A stretch of DNA of 55,669 nt, filler included, from Catajapyx aquilonaris (lineage: Eukaryota): NCBI GenBank assembly GCA_000934665.2. It is 4 parts of 4 records of this genome, joined end to end, with 100 filler letters (N's around TTAATTAATTAA, not from the genome) between each part and the next. Parts side by side here need not be neighbours in the genome. Positions count along the whole stretch, not along the records: positions 27,893 to 41,732 come from JYFJ02007969.1; positions 41,833 to 55,669 come from JYFJ02007970.1; 2 more parts are not named here. One strand, given 5' to 3'. Shown here piece by piece: positions 37,990-49,792 of this stretch; the stretch's first letter is position 1; every line of letters begins with the position of its first letter. A model generated the notes under the pieces. That model was given only the letters and a program-made list of their open reading frames with translations. It did no database searches and was not told the DNA's origin. Both the position numbers and the translations under genes were made by a program.

Positions 37990-38380
37990 ACCTCGTCGAG
38001 GGGGTCGCACCCGACCAGACATATGCGGTGAAGGTCCAGGAGTCCTTGCAGCTGTGAGAGCAGGTCTGCGGCGAGCAAGACTGGGAGGACGGCGGTCCGT
38101 ACCACAACAAAAGAGTTGGTCCAATGTGGCATGGCCCAAAGTGATGGAGAGGGTTACTCGTCCAAGGAGCCAGATTGGTTGGCCAAAAAAAGTAGACAAG
38201 TCGGAGGGCTCCGATGTCAGTCACCATTGGTCACCAGTCAAAGAGTCCAAATCACGTTGGGTAACCAAAGAATGGAGGAATCCACTTCCAACTAAAGCTG
38301 TCCACTCGTGCCCTTGGATGGAGGCAGTCGTGACGGTCGCCAAGATAACGTCCAAAGGGTGGACGCTGCTGCAAGCCATC
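37990..38380 (-). pseudogene. Decayed retropepsin-like aspartic protease
   Basis: IQGHEWTALVGSG..SLV ... G.V.L.I.LG ... FVVV..VLLAADLL across a stop and a frameshift; catalytic Asp replaced by Gly. Confidence 0.55.
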
Positions 38381-38587
38381 TTCAAACTTGATAGAGCCGC
38401 AGAGAGAGGTGTCAACATATATAAGAGTGTTTACTTGTATATTGAAAGGGTAGGTGAAGGCCTGTAGTGCGGTGTGTACCTTTTTCAATATTTAAACAGC
38501 ATTACCTAAATACATTTACACCACAATAGTGACATACAACTGTCTCTGATGTTAAATGACTGACACTGAAATGAGCCCTTTCGTGTT

Positions 38588-38870
38588 TCATGTCAGGGAC
38601 AGTCCATATATCAAACTACTCTTATGGCCCGTATCTTCGAGTACTCTTTTCATGTTACTTGGATGAGTTTCCAGCAAATGAATAATCCATCCAATTGTAC
38701 TAAACATTGCAAATTTACAGAGGCAGCAATAGTAGCTATTCACATTCAAGAGTGTAGCCAAGTGTGCACGCAAGGATATTAATGGGTTTACATGATACCC
38801 ACAATATATAATGGGGCATCTATCGGCCGTGTCAAAACAAGTCCTTGGCTTTTGCCGTGGAATCCTACAC
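38588..38870 (-). CDS. Zinc-finger-like hypothetical protein
   Basis: CPIIYC..L.AHL (incomplete finger) and YYCCLCKF...WIIHLLETH (C2H2-like). Confidence 0.45.
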
Positions 38871-39962
38871 CTGCCGGATATAAATTCAATACGTCGATCA
38901 TCGCAAAGGTATGAGGAGAATGAACATAATTGGAGGATACCCACATTGGCTCCTTTCCTGGTACTGACACCTTGGTGGCTTGTTGATCTCTTGCCCAAGT
39001 CCACCTCGGCCTGGAGACGTAGCTGGTTGGGATGTTCTGGGGTCCAGCTATGCTTGGTCCGTATACCACTGTACTACTGTCGTCTGTTGATATATAGTTG
39101 ACCGTTACTTTCGCTGCGGTCTCTTCAATCAATGGTCCTAACCCCAGTTCCTCCAGACTGCTATTGTTGGCGTTGGCTTTTTAACCAACGTTAACTGTCT
39201 TGTTAACCTATTTAGGGTAAGGCTGTATTAAAAGTGTGACTTTAATATGAGATATGTACAAATGTTTTCTACAACTTCTTATGGTACAAGATACAATCTT
39301 TTCTGAAGTTACGATGTTCCCAAATTAAAGTTAATTCTCGATCAATGTTGTCTTAACAAAGGCCTGGCCAATGCCAGCCTCACGGGTTAAATCTGAGCAG
39401 CTACATTCCCAATCGTGAGCCCTAGCCCGCGCCCAGGAACTCTCTTGTCCTGTTCCGAAGTTACTCTTATATACTGGGCTGTGCCTGACAGTATGAGGAA
39501 ACCCTCTTATTGCACAAGCAAAGTCAGCATGTTTTGCCCAATGTGGCAAGACTAATACTCGTGTGGCTCATCAAGATATGGATTGCCAAATCCACTTGTA
39601 ACATACCCCCCACCTATGCTAAAAGTTATTCTTGCGACCAAGAATAAGTTTTAGCTTAACCCAATATGCCTATTACTGTTGAGACAACATTTCGAACCCA
39701 ACCAAAATAGTTTTACAAGATTTTTCTTCCGTCTTCTTTGGTCTTCTTTTGGATTTTGGACCAGCATCGCCATCTGGTCTGGTTATATGGGACATCCTCC
39801 AGTCTTAGCTTCTTTCGGTGTAGGCTGGAGTCTTCATCTTGGCCTTTGGTACCGTTGTCTGCCTTTTGCTCAGTCCCAACAGACTTCTGGGCTGCTGACG
39901 TAACCCAGAGTGACGGCCTCTTCTTGGTGCTGATCCTGGTCAGTCTGTTCCTGCCTCCATAA

Positions 39963-40436
39963 CTATAACATATCGTTACAAATCAAATCACTATATGATA
40001 TAACCCTGAACCGGGCGTACCACAGCTGGTGCACACGACCAGGGAAAAGGGCGGACCGGGATGTTGTTCTGTTCTTTGTCTTGTTCCACTTGGAACTGGC
40101 CTTCAATACCCAGCCCGGTTCCTCGCCTAGTGTGTGCACTAATTTTGTCCAGCGCTGGTCGGTCTCTGTCTGGAGCTCTAGGTGTAGTCCGTCTTTGCAC
40201 GTCCTCAGACGGGTCCACCCCCGGACTCTCCCCCAGAATTTGAACCTCGCGTCCACCGCGGCTCCGGAATCTCCTTCCCTCGCCCTCATGGTTAAAGTGG
40301 ACTTCTCCAGTTGTATATTCGGCTCTTGTGGGTTGGGGCAGAAGACTTCCAAGACCAGGGTTTTCTGCAATATCGACCTGACCCTAAATGGTGTGCCAGA
40401 TATGACCCAGTGGGCATTACTTAGATTAGTGGCCAT
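39963..40436 (-). CDS. p23/CS-domain-like ORF
   Basis: LVLEVFCPNPQEPNIQLEKSTLTM...LHLEL...RWTKL...PGWV...KW follows the p23 strand pattern and WPRL...WL..D..KW tail; first ~18 codons come from a MITE. Confidence 0.5.
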   Translation of the reverse strand: MATNLSNAHWVISGTPFRVRSILQKTLVLEVFCPNPQEPNIQLEKSTLTMRAREGDSGAAVDARFKFWGRVRGWTRLRTCKDGLHLELQTETDQRWTKLVHTLGEEPGWVLKASSKWNKTKNRTTSRSALFPGRVHQLWYARFRVISYSDLICNDML

Positions 40437-40447
40437 TACAGGGTTAA
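40384..40447 (-). mobile_element. piggyBac-like MITE end (same family as 54760-54895)
   Basis: TTAA|CCCTGTAATG...CTGGGTCATATCTGGCACACCATTTAG. Confidence 0.75.
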
Positions 40448-41732
40448 GTTAGTTTTACACTGAGTATACTATCAGATTCTTGCCAAATTCGGCACAAATT
40501 AGGGTAACGTAGCACAGGTTCACGCTGTACTGAAATCTTGCAGTCGAGTCAGCCCGAGGCGGGAAAATCAGAGAACAGACACAATCTTCCTTTTCATCAA
40601 GTTTACTGTCACAGATCAATTACAACGAACAAGTCAGGCATTTAACAAGTGGTACAGGACAGAAATCACGTATACTCACGACACCGCATGATGCTGCAGC
40701 TAGAGTGATGACCAGTTGACCTGAAGAGGACACCCGTTGCACTACTCTCTCTTTCTAGATCCCTCTGGCCAGCGCTCATACTGTATATATACCCCTTAAC
40801 ACCCCGGAAGTTTTGGTCAATGCGTCAACTATTTTCGTGGCTCATCCTTGAGTCTTCATTTACTGCTAAAATAGCGGTTTTACATCACATGAGTTGACAG
40901 GAACCTTGATAACTTTCCTGTTGAGGCGTCTGAGTAGGATATAATAACACCCTATTCTCAGAACCAAGGCCACATTTTTGGAGTCATTGCCAAGGTAACC
41001 TATACTTTTGGGTCTTGGGTGTGGCGGAAATCCTTATCAAGGCTTTTCCGCGTAGGTTGCCCAACAGGTGATGATGACCTCATAATGAGATCATCTTCCT
41101 TTTCGGGAACTTCCTCCAGATATTTCTGGCTGCTGATGTAATATTCCCGTGACTCCCTGTTTATTTTATTCTTTATGCCAATCACGACAATACCTAGAGT
41201 GGTCTAATATTCGCCAATTTTCACATAAGAGAGAGATGATCAGTTCAATACTAAATATTCCGATGCGTTCTTCAAATAGGGATCACTGTCACTAAAACGA
41301 GTACCATACTCGCCAACGAGCACAAGCACGCCAGTAATATTAACATAATAGTAATCTGGCACATAGTTATAATGCACTATATCTGCCGGGTACGCACAAA
41401 ACACGTGACATTAGCAGGGCTCTTAACCCCTCACCACGCACTTATGGTTGTCATTTAATGTCATCAACTTAAATGTGATTAGCCCAGGTTTCTAGTTGAT
41501 GTTCAAGTTTTCCGATAAGTAGACCCAGAGAGTAAGAAATACACACATATCAGAAGAGTAAGACATTTATTATTTGGTCACTTCACTATACATCACTTAA
41601 ATATTATAATAAGTGTTTAATATTACACTATACCGTTACTAAAATATAATATGATAATAACTGGTACTTACATACAGATGATACGCGGGTGTCCGTCCTG
41701 GAGAGAGTCTGAGGAGATGGGAAACTGCGAGC

Positions 41733-41832
41733 NNNNNNNNNNNNNNNNNNNNNNNNNNNNNNNNNNNNNNNNNNNNTTAATTAATTAANNNNNNNNNNNN
41801 NNNNNNNNNNNNNNNNNNNNNNNNNNNNNNNN
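41733..41832. other. Artificial contig linker
   Basis: Same N44-TTAATTAATTAA-N44 spacer. Confidence 0.97.
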
Positions 41833-42192
41833 AACGTATAAGAAAATTGGTACACGCGTCCAAAGTTGAGAAAAAATGAACTTCGAGAAATAGCAGATTT
41901 GGTACCCCTGCGGTTATGATTTTTTTCAGGGCGAACGAAAAATGTCACTGAAAAATAGCCAGTGTCATTCGTCATCGTTTCGACAGTGGTACTTCGTGTA
42001 ATTTTTCCGTAATAATCGGAGACCAAGCCCTGACAGCCTCCGCCTGATTTGAAATGGAACCACCCTTCTCATTCTACTGCATACATGAAAATAAACTATC
42101 AAATCCAGATCAAATCATGGCTCTCTAACCACAATTTATGTCACTGATAACAGATTTGACTAACAGTAACACCTCTCATTGAATTTGCAGGC

Positions 42193-42681
42193 ATGAACAG
42201 CATAATACACAGCGTGCTCTTGTTTGCACCACCCCCCAGGTGGCTCCCTTCTGTCTTGATCCCAGTCCGCTTCCGATACCATGCCGACAAGGTGGCCCGC
42301 GGCCCTCTGATACGCCGTTACGGCTATGAGGAGAAGCTATTTCGAGGAGGCACACTTCCTCGACTTGGAGAAGGTGGGAGAAGATTACCCATGCCAATGT
42401 ACCGTCCAAAAGACATATGGTCGGAGAAGAGAGCCCTCTTTGGACAGAATGATTATGTGGACATCCTAGGCAATGAAGAGCTACATCCAGCCAGGATGTT
42501 ATACAATGTCCCTTACTGGTTGAAGGGAGTGAGTGGAAATGAGTACCAGATGCTACTGAGGAAAAGGAAAATGCTGGGGAAGGTTGGAATGGATATGGCT
42601 CGACCATCCAGGTGGCACTTGCTGAAGAAGAGGATCAAGTACCTTTATCGCTTTCTTAACCAGAAGACTGACACTCATTGA
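42193..42681 (+). CDS. mRpL51: Mitochondrial ribosomal protein L51
   Basis: RRYGY...[31 protein letters not shown] motifs; single coding exon after a tttgcag acceptor. Confidence 0.93.
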   Translation: MNSIIHSVLLFAPPPRWLPSVLIPVRFRYHADKVARGPLIRRYGYEEKLFRGGTLPRLGEGGRRLPMPMYRPKDIWSEKRALFGQNDYVDILGNEELHPARMLYNVPYWLKGVSGNEYQMLLRKRKMLGKVGMDMARPSRWHLLKKRIKYLYRFLNQKTDTH

Positions 42682-44617
42682 GAAATGTTGACAAGAGTGT
42701 TTTTTGGTTTGTACAGTAGCAGGTCTGTGGAATAAAGCATTTAAGTACAATTTTTTGTGACATTACTTTTATATCGAAATCTTGGAAGTTGTCAAGAGAG
42801 GGTGCTGGATACTTTCGTATACACTCACTGTCTGTGCTACTTTTGATTCACTGGAAATATGAATCTACTGTACTGCCTGAAGTTCAATATGTGTGACCTG
42901 CACTGGGCGTGGCCATAAGAAGTTGCAATGCCATTAGGAATAGCCTTATAAATGCATCATTTCAGTTTTTTTGGTGTTTATGATTTATGCACCTTATTAC
43001 ACTCTTACTTTTCTTCTTGCATGGTATTTTGAATAGGTAATGATGTACATTATGTAATTGACTATATGAACAATATTATGTCATTATGTAAAACCTCTCT
43101 CATCCACTTCAATTTTGCCAACCACTAATAACAGGAATATCCCATGATTATTATGTGTCGACAATGTAGATAATACTGGGATGTTCTAGTGCAGCACTGT
43201 ATTGTAGCCGACATTTTCCCTCCAGTGCCACTGCCGGTGCCCTCCCTTGCCGAAATAAAAAGGTTGCATGCACAGCCTGACTCACGGCTTGACCTGAGAG
43301 TATTGACCCAATCCAAAAGGTGTAGGTGGACAACATTGTACATGATGAGATGACCAAAGACAGCTGCCTTCAACTTGTGTTCTGCGAGCCTGTTCGAAGG
43401 GTTCCACAAAGGTATTTCGGTAATGGCAGATTTATGAGGTGTCTAGAGCAAAATAGCACCATGCTGTAATGTTATCAGGGCTATGTCACCCTTAGGGCAA
43501 CCTGTGAGCCATCAGCCATGGCTTAGGACAGCAGAATTTTGGGGATGGCAGGGATGTAGTTGCGAAATGAGAGCTAAAGTGAATGTCTCGGTTTGGAATT
43601 ATTCTCTGATCATGAATGCTGTTTACAAGTTTACTGGATGTAATATTTCTCTTTACGTAATTAATTATTTAGCAGCAAAAACATAATATAATGGTTGATG
43701 CTGTATGCCATATTACGTCATTCCGCGTCACTCTTAGGTTATGCTTCCTGACATTTCTAAATGTCTATGGATTTATTAGACAATGTCAAAAATCATGGTC
43801 ATGAGACATTGTACACTTTGCATCGTTCCTGATGCATGACTGCTCCATTCGAACCACGAACTATCAGAAAGAATGTCAGTATCATCATTAGCTCTTGGTA
43901 TCATACATTTTAGTGAGGCAGCAATTATACAGTTCCTTTGAAATCTGACTGACTTTTTGCGTGATTTTTGCTGCCTTCTTACGCGGAGGGGTGCTGCCGC
44001 GCCACATTTGAACTCCCGTCCAATAGACGGGCGCCGACGTGTCACGTGATCAGCAGTGTATGAAGGTGCCCCTAATTATGCAAGTGAAGTGTAAATTTCT
44101 TTAAGGAGTAACAATAGGTACTCGAACCCCTGCAATAATTGTAACGATTGTGTTGTCATTTCCACTGCGTACGACCCTTCCAATTCCATCGTTCCACCAC
44201 CTGGCACCTCCCTCCCTCCTCTTGCTCACCGACCGAGTAGAACCCCTCTTCTTCTGCGTGGGAAGTCGCCTCTTTTTCCTCCGGCCCTAAAATGGTAAGA
44301 TAAAATCCATCCAGATCCCTCCAATCTCCGGCCATCCGCACCCGCAGGATTATCCGGAACCCACCTCGCGTTGCCCCGGGGCCCATCGCCCTTCCCTTCC
44401 CGGCCCTTTTTCGGCCGGATGATGCTCGTGCGCCAGCCGGAGCATGGCCACCCCCATTGTTGAGGAGGGCTTTGTGTCGTTGAAATCAGGGTGTGGTGGT
44501 GGTTGACGCACGATTAGAATTGGTGGCCTGGGTTGGTGATAACAGGTCACGGAACTGACCTCAGGGGGTCACATCTCACTGGAATGTTGGCTGTCTGAAC
44601 GTTGCAAGTCTTGGGTT

Positions 44618-44632
44618 GTTCTGGAACATTCC
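44618..44632. promoter_or_regulatory. Heat-shock element upstream of CCT7
   Basis: gTTCtgGAAcaTTCc, three inverted nGAAn units ~85 bp before the ATG. Confidence 0.6.
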
Positions 44633-44715
44633 GTGGAGCGGGCGTGTAGTGAGAATTCCCAGTTTTGGCTTCTCCTGTTCCAGACACCCCGAACAGTTCA
44701 GGCACATTTAAGGAA

Positions 44716-47700
44716 ATGGTAATTTATGGGCGTAATTCTCTGCGACAAGTGTAATTACTCAATTCCCAAGTACACTTAATGTACCGTGTTTGGAAACCAA
44801 ATAGTGCCCCACCTTCAGAGTTGGAGAAGCAGTGACACTGGTTTATTTAAAGACCAGTTTTGCATGGAATAAGTCACTTTGCATTGGGGAACAGTGTTGA
44901 TTCATTGCTTTATTTAATTGGCCTTATTTCAGCAACCACAAATAATCCTGCTGAAGGATGGGACGGAGAGCCAGCAGGGGAAGCCCCAGCTGATCTCGAA
45001 CATCAATGCCTGCCAGGCAGTGGTGGATGCAGTGAGGACGACTCTGGGGCCTAGGGGGATGGATAAGCTGATTGTGGATTCCAATGGAAAGTCCACCATT
45101 TCCAATGACGGTGCCACCATTGTCAAGCTACTCGACATTGTACATCCTGCTGCAAAGGTCCTCGTTGACATTGCCAAAAGTCAGGATGCAGAGGTAAAGT
45201 AATTGTAGTGGTGCTGTCACACACTACGTATAATCTGAAGTAGAGCACACATTGTCTCTGAATTAAAATAGTTCTCTAAATTGAAAAGAGGCGTTGTTAT
45301 GTTGTAAACTAACTTGTTACATCACAATCTTGTTAAAAGGTTGCTTCTTATAGTGTGCATGTCACATCCCTCTCAATGCACATTGACATATGAATTTGGG
45401 ATGCTCGTAACAAAAAAACAAAACTTATGAACAGGACTAACATCAGTTGAGGGCACCCAAACAACTTCAAACTGTTTGGGTATGATATCTTTTCTGCAAA
45501 TTCTCAGTTTTCGAGCTGATTTTCATTATATTTTTGTTATATATGAATGTGTAACTCGGTATGATTTTCACAAGATGAAGTAACAAGACAGGTTCAGCAT
45601 TGACATGCAAATGATTTGTTACGTTTATGATTTTGTTTCAGGTCGGTGATGGCACCACAAGTGTTGTCCTCTTAGCTGGGGAATTTCTGAAGCAAATCAA
45701 GCCTTTTGTGGAGGAAGGTGTTCATCCACGTGTGATAATCCGGGCGTTCCGTCAGGCATGTCAGCTGTCCACCCAGCACATTAAAGAGCTGGCCATCAGC
45801 ATCCCAAAGGGTGATCCCACTGAGCAACGGCGCTTGCTGGAGTGCTGTGCTGCCACTGCCCTCAGCTCCAAGCTGGTCCATCTGCAGAAGGACTTCTTTG
45901 CCCGGATGGTGTGCGATGCTGTCATGATGCTTGATGACTTGCTTCCTCTTAACATGATTGGAATTAAGAAGGTCCAAGGAGGAGCCCTTGAGGTTAGTTA
46001 AAATTTGTTGATGGTAAACACTATCAGTTTAATATCTTGCAACAATAGAGAATGACAGCAAGGGATGGCTGTGTGTGCATTCTTTTCCTGCAACACACGG
46101 GTGATGTATAAGCGCTATCGCTTGCGTCATGACGTCAGAACCGCTACAATTCACAGGCGATGTCATCGCCCACCTGTAAATGCACCTTTAGACTATGCAG
46201 CTGGTCTGCAGCAGTATGACTTTAGAGAGAGTAAAGCCGCGTTTACATGTGAGCGATTTCTCAAGCAAAGTCTTCGCCGAGTGGTAACATCTCCGGTATA
46301 GGAACCGGTATTGTTCGAAGTGGCAATTGATTGTTACTCTCACCTCAAGCAATATTGGTTACTCGGGTTACTCAGCGAAGGCTTTGCTCGTCAAATCGCT
46401 CATATGTAAACGCGGCTTAAGAATGTTTCTGAGATGTTGCTAAGTTAAAATGTGGCACAAGCCAATCTTGCAGGAGCCAGTTGTACATGAACTTACATAA
46501 TTACTGGTCTTACAGGATTCACTCCTTGTGTCTGGGGTGGCTTTCAAGAAGACCTTTTCTTATGCTGGATTTGAGATGCAGCCCAAGAAGTACAAGAATG
46601 CCAAAATTGCACTCCTAAACATCGAGCTGGAGCTGAAAGCTGAGAGGGACAATGCAGAAATTCGGGTTGAGGATGTGAAGGTAAGGTTGATTAAGTGTTT
46701 TTGTAAATTGATAAGTATTAGCCGCACAATATTATCATGGACACTTTCCCTTATCCTTTTCTATGTATCAACGTACAGTACAATCTGACAATTTTAAGTC
46801 TTAAGTTATGATGAAAGTATGTGGGGTCACAGGAAGTATTGGACCTTACTAAAAATTTGTACATCTTTCTCTTGTGCAGGAGTATCAGAAAGTGGTAGAT
46901 GCTGAGTGGCAGATCCTTTACGACAAGCTGGCCAAAATCCATACCTCTGGAGCACAAGTAGTTCTCTCAAAGCTTCCCATAGGCGATGTGGCCACACAGT
47001 ACTTTGCTGACCGTGACATGTTCTGCGCTGGCCGAGTCCCTGAGGAGGACCTTCGACGCACCATGAAGGCTTGTGGTGGCACTGTACTCAGCACTGTGCA
47101 GGACATCTGCAACCAGGGAGCCAATGTCCTGGGGACATGCGAGTTCTTTGAGGAGCGTCAGATTGGACGTGAGAGATTCAATGTATTTACTGGATGTGCA
47201 AATGCCAAGACCTGCACCATTATATTGAGAGGTGGTGCAGAACAGTTCATGGAGGAGACAGAGAGAAGCCTTCATGATGCAATCATGATTGTGAGGCGTG
47301 CTTTGAAGAACGATGCAGTAGTTGCTGGTGGAGGGGCAATTGAGATGGAACTCAGCCGGTACCTCAGGGAACATTCTCGAACCATTGCAGGTGATGCTTT
47401 ATAATATTTTGATTATAAGCAATGTCATAGTGGGTATTATGTCATTCAGCCCGTTCTTACCAATCAGTGCAGTGTTTATGCTAATGTGAAATTTTGCCTT
47501 TATGTTCCAGGCAAAGAGCAGCTCCTGATTGGCGCTGTTGCTCGTGCCCTTGAGGTGGTCCCCCGGCAGTTGTGTGACAATGCTGGGTTTGATGCAACTG
47601 ACGTCCTAAACAAGCTGCGACAGAAGCATGCTCAGGGAAAGAGGTGGTATGGAGTGGATGTTGGAAAGGAGGACGTGTCTGACAACTACGAGGCCTGTGT

Positions 47701-47863
47701 GTGGGAGCCAGCCGTCATGAAGCTGAATGCAATCCAGGCCGCTATTGAAGCCAGCTGCCTAGTACTATCGGTGGATGAGACCATCAAGAATCCTGCCTCA
47801 GGAGCAGACAATCCTCAGGGAGGTCTGCCTGGAGCTGGCAGGGGAAGGGGGCGGCCCATGTAA
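44716..47863 (+). CDS. CCT7: T-complex protein 1 subunit eta; exons 44716-44718, 44933-45193, 45642-45992, 46516-46680, 46880-47390, 47511-47863 (547 aa)
   Basis: [52 protein letters not shown]-terminal GRGRGRPM; all junctions GT-AG and in phase. Confidence 0.96.
46235..46417. mobile_element. PIF/Harbinger (Tourist-like) MITE in a CCT7 intron
   Basis: ~25-bp TIRs AGCCGCGTTTACAT.TGAGCGATTT with TAA target duplication. Confidence 0.85.
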
Positions 47864-48153
47864 AATTTCTTGGGGTTTCTGGAAATTGGCACAGTAATTG
47901 GGAGAACATGGGATGGCCATCATGTGGATACCACGCTATTGTTTCCAGCTGGCATTCACATGTGAAGCCATATCAGGTTGTGCGGAGTTGCATGCCAGCC
48001 ATGTTGGCATTCTGGCTACCAAAATAACATGAATTAAAAGCCACAATGTATTATTTAATGTGGATCTCACTGGCATTACAACTGCTGACTGTAACTTGAA
48101 AAGGTGGCTTCCTGCTTTGCTAATCTGTTTGTCACATTAATAAATAAAAAGTT

Positions 48154-49792
48154 TCACATCACATCTTTTGCAGTGATACTCTGGTCTATTACAATTACCT
48201 TCTGGGCACACGTACCAATGAGGTCATTAATTTTTTCAGCAGGCCAGCCTTTTGGTTCTGCCACTTTCACGTCTAGGTCACTCATTGCGAGAGTCTCCCC
48301 AGCCTGTATTGTTCGTGCTGCAACCACTGTCTTTCCCAGTTTGTTGTAACATGCATGTTCTGAGAGTTGCCTTCGCTTTGTGGGGCTTCCCATGCTTTGT
48401 TCCACAGTTCGAATATCCTCCACCAATTTTTTGAACTCCGAAGGTTCTAGTGAACAGCAGTGGTCACTCCCTTTCCATGTCTTGTCCAGTGTTATGTGCC
48501 TCTCAACTACACATGCTCCAAGGGCAACAGCAGCTACTGAAATAGCAGTTCCTTCCTCATGACCGGAGTAGCCAATGTTGGTGTCTGGGAACAACTGTTG
48601 ATATGCCTTGATGACAGAGAGGTTAACATCGGATGGTGGAGTTGGATATGTTGAGGTGCACTGAAGCAAGCAGAACTTGCAGTTGTGGGTGCGAAGGAGG
48701 TTGTGGACAGAAGTCACTGTTGATGTGTCTTGCATGCCTGGGAGAATGTAATGCTAGTATTTGCAGACGTACGCTCAGATTGGAAATCCTTCACATTGTA
48801 CTCTACACCAGCTGACCCCATTTTTACTGGCATGCTGCTCTATGTGGGGTAATACGGTATGATTCAGGTTGGGAGAAGAGTATGCTTTCTAAAACATCAT
48901 CTTACCTGTGGAGACAATTAGGGGTCTATTCAAATTGGCCGCATGTTGCAGCATCATAAAGTTATTGGCATCTCCTGAGCCAATCTTGATGAACGGAACT
49001 TCCAAGGAGTGCAAAAAGTCAGCTGATGCCTGCCAAAAGCAGAAAAATTACTCTGAATTTCATACGAATGTTAGTGACTGAAATTGGTCAATTCTTGCTA
49101 TTGTAAAGGCTTATCATTGCTCAAGAAGAATTTTGAAACCAACATTCAGATATGCAACACTGGCAAATTTTGCATTGTGCATTATGGGATTCTTACTGTG
49201 TCCATAGCACTGGCAGTGAACAAAATCCCTTGGTCACGTGCAAATTGCTGCAGCTCCCGATATGCCTCCAGTGAAAATTCAAGGTGGCGCTTGTGCTCTC
49301 CGTAAGTGGCTCCCCAAGAGTGAGGGCCAACATAGGGTCTCTCCAAGGCTACTTTGTTGAACTTATGTTCCAGGCTACTCTTCTGGAACTTGACACAGTC
49401 TGCACCACATTCCTGAAGAGGATAAAATTGTGTAACAATACTATGCATAAGGTGACGTGAATGGAGCTATGTTGGGTATACTCATTTTGCACTGTCTGTA
49501 ATCAATGCCTGTTTTATCAGAGTGTCATGAGGAGTCAAAAATGTAACGGAGGGAAAATTAATTTTGCTAGTAGAATAACTGCTTATTATATGATCCTGTG
49601 TATTTACTGAAGAGTACACCTAGCCTTTGAATCAGTTATATTTGGGAATGTGCACTTCACCTTTGCCACTTTTATGAGTTTCTTAGCAATGTCGACGTCT
49701 CCCTGATGGTTCTGCCCCACTTCCGCTATTATAAAACAAGGATATCCTCGCCCTACGAATCGACCTGGAGCCAACTCCAAAGGAGATGCCAT
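48154..49792 (-). CDS. NANS: Sialic acid (N-acetylneuraminate-9-phosphate) synthase; exons 49792-49661, 49412-49197, 49029-48906, 48737-48154 (351 aa)
   Basis: CFIIAEVGQNHQGD, GADCVKFQK, FIKIGSGD, LQCTSTYP, GYSGHE, ERHITLD, C-terminal SAF/AFP-like domain; junctions in phase. Confidence 0.95.
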
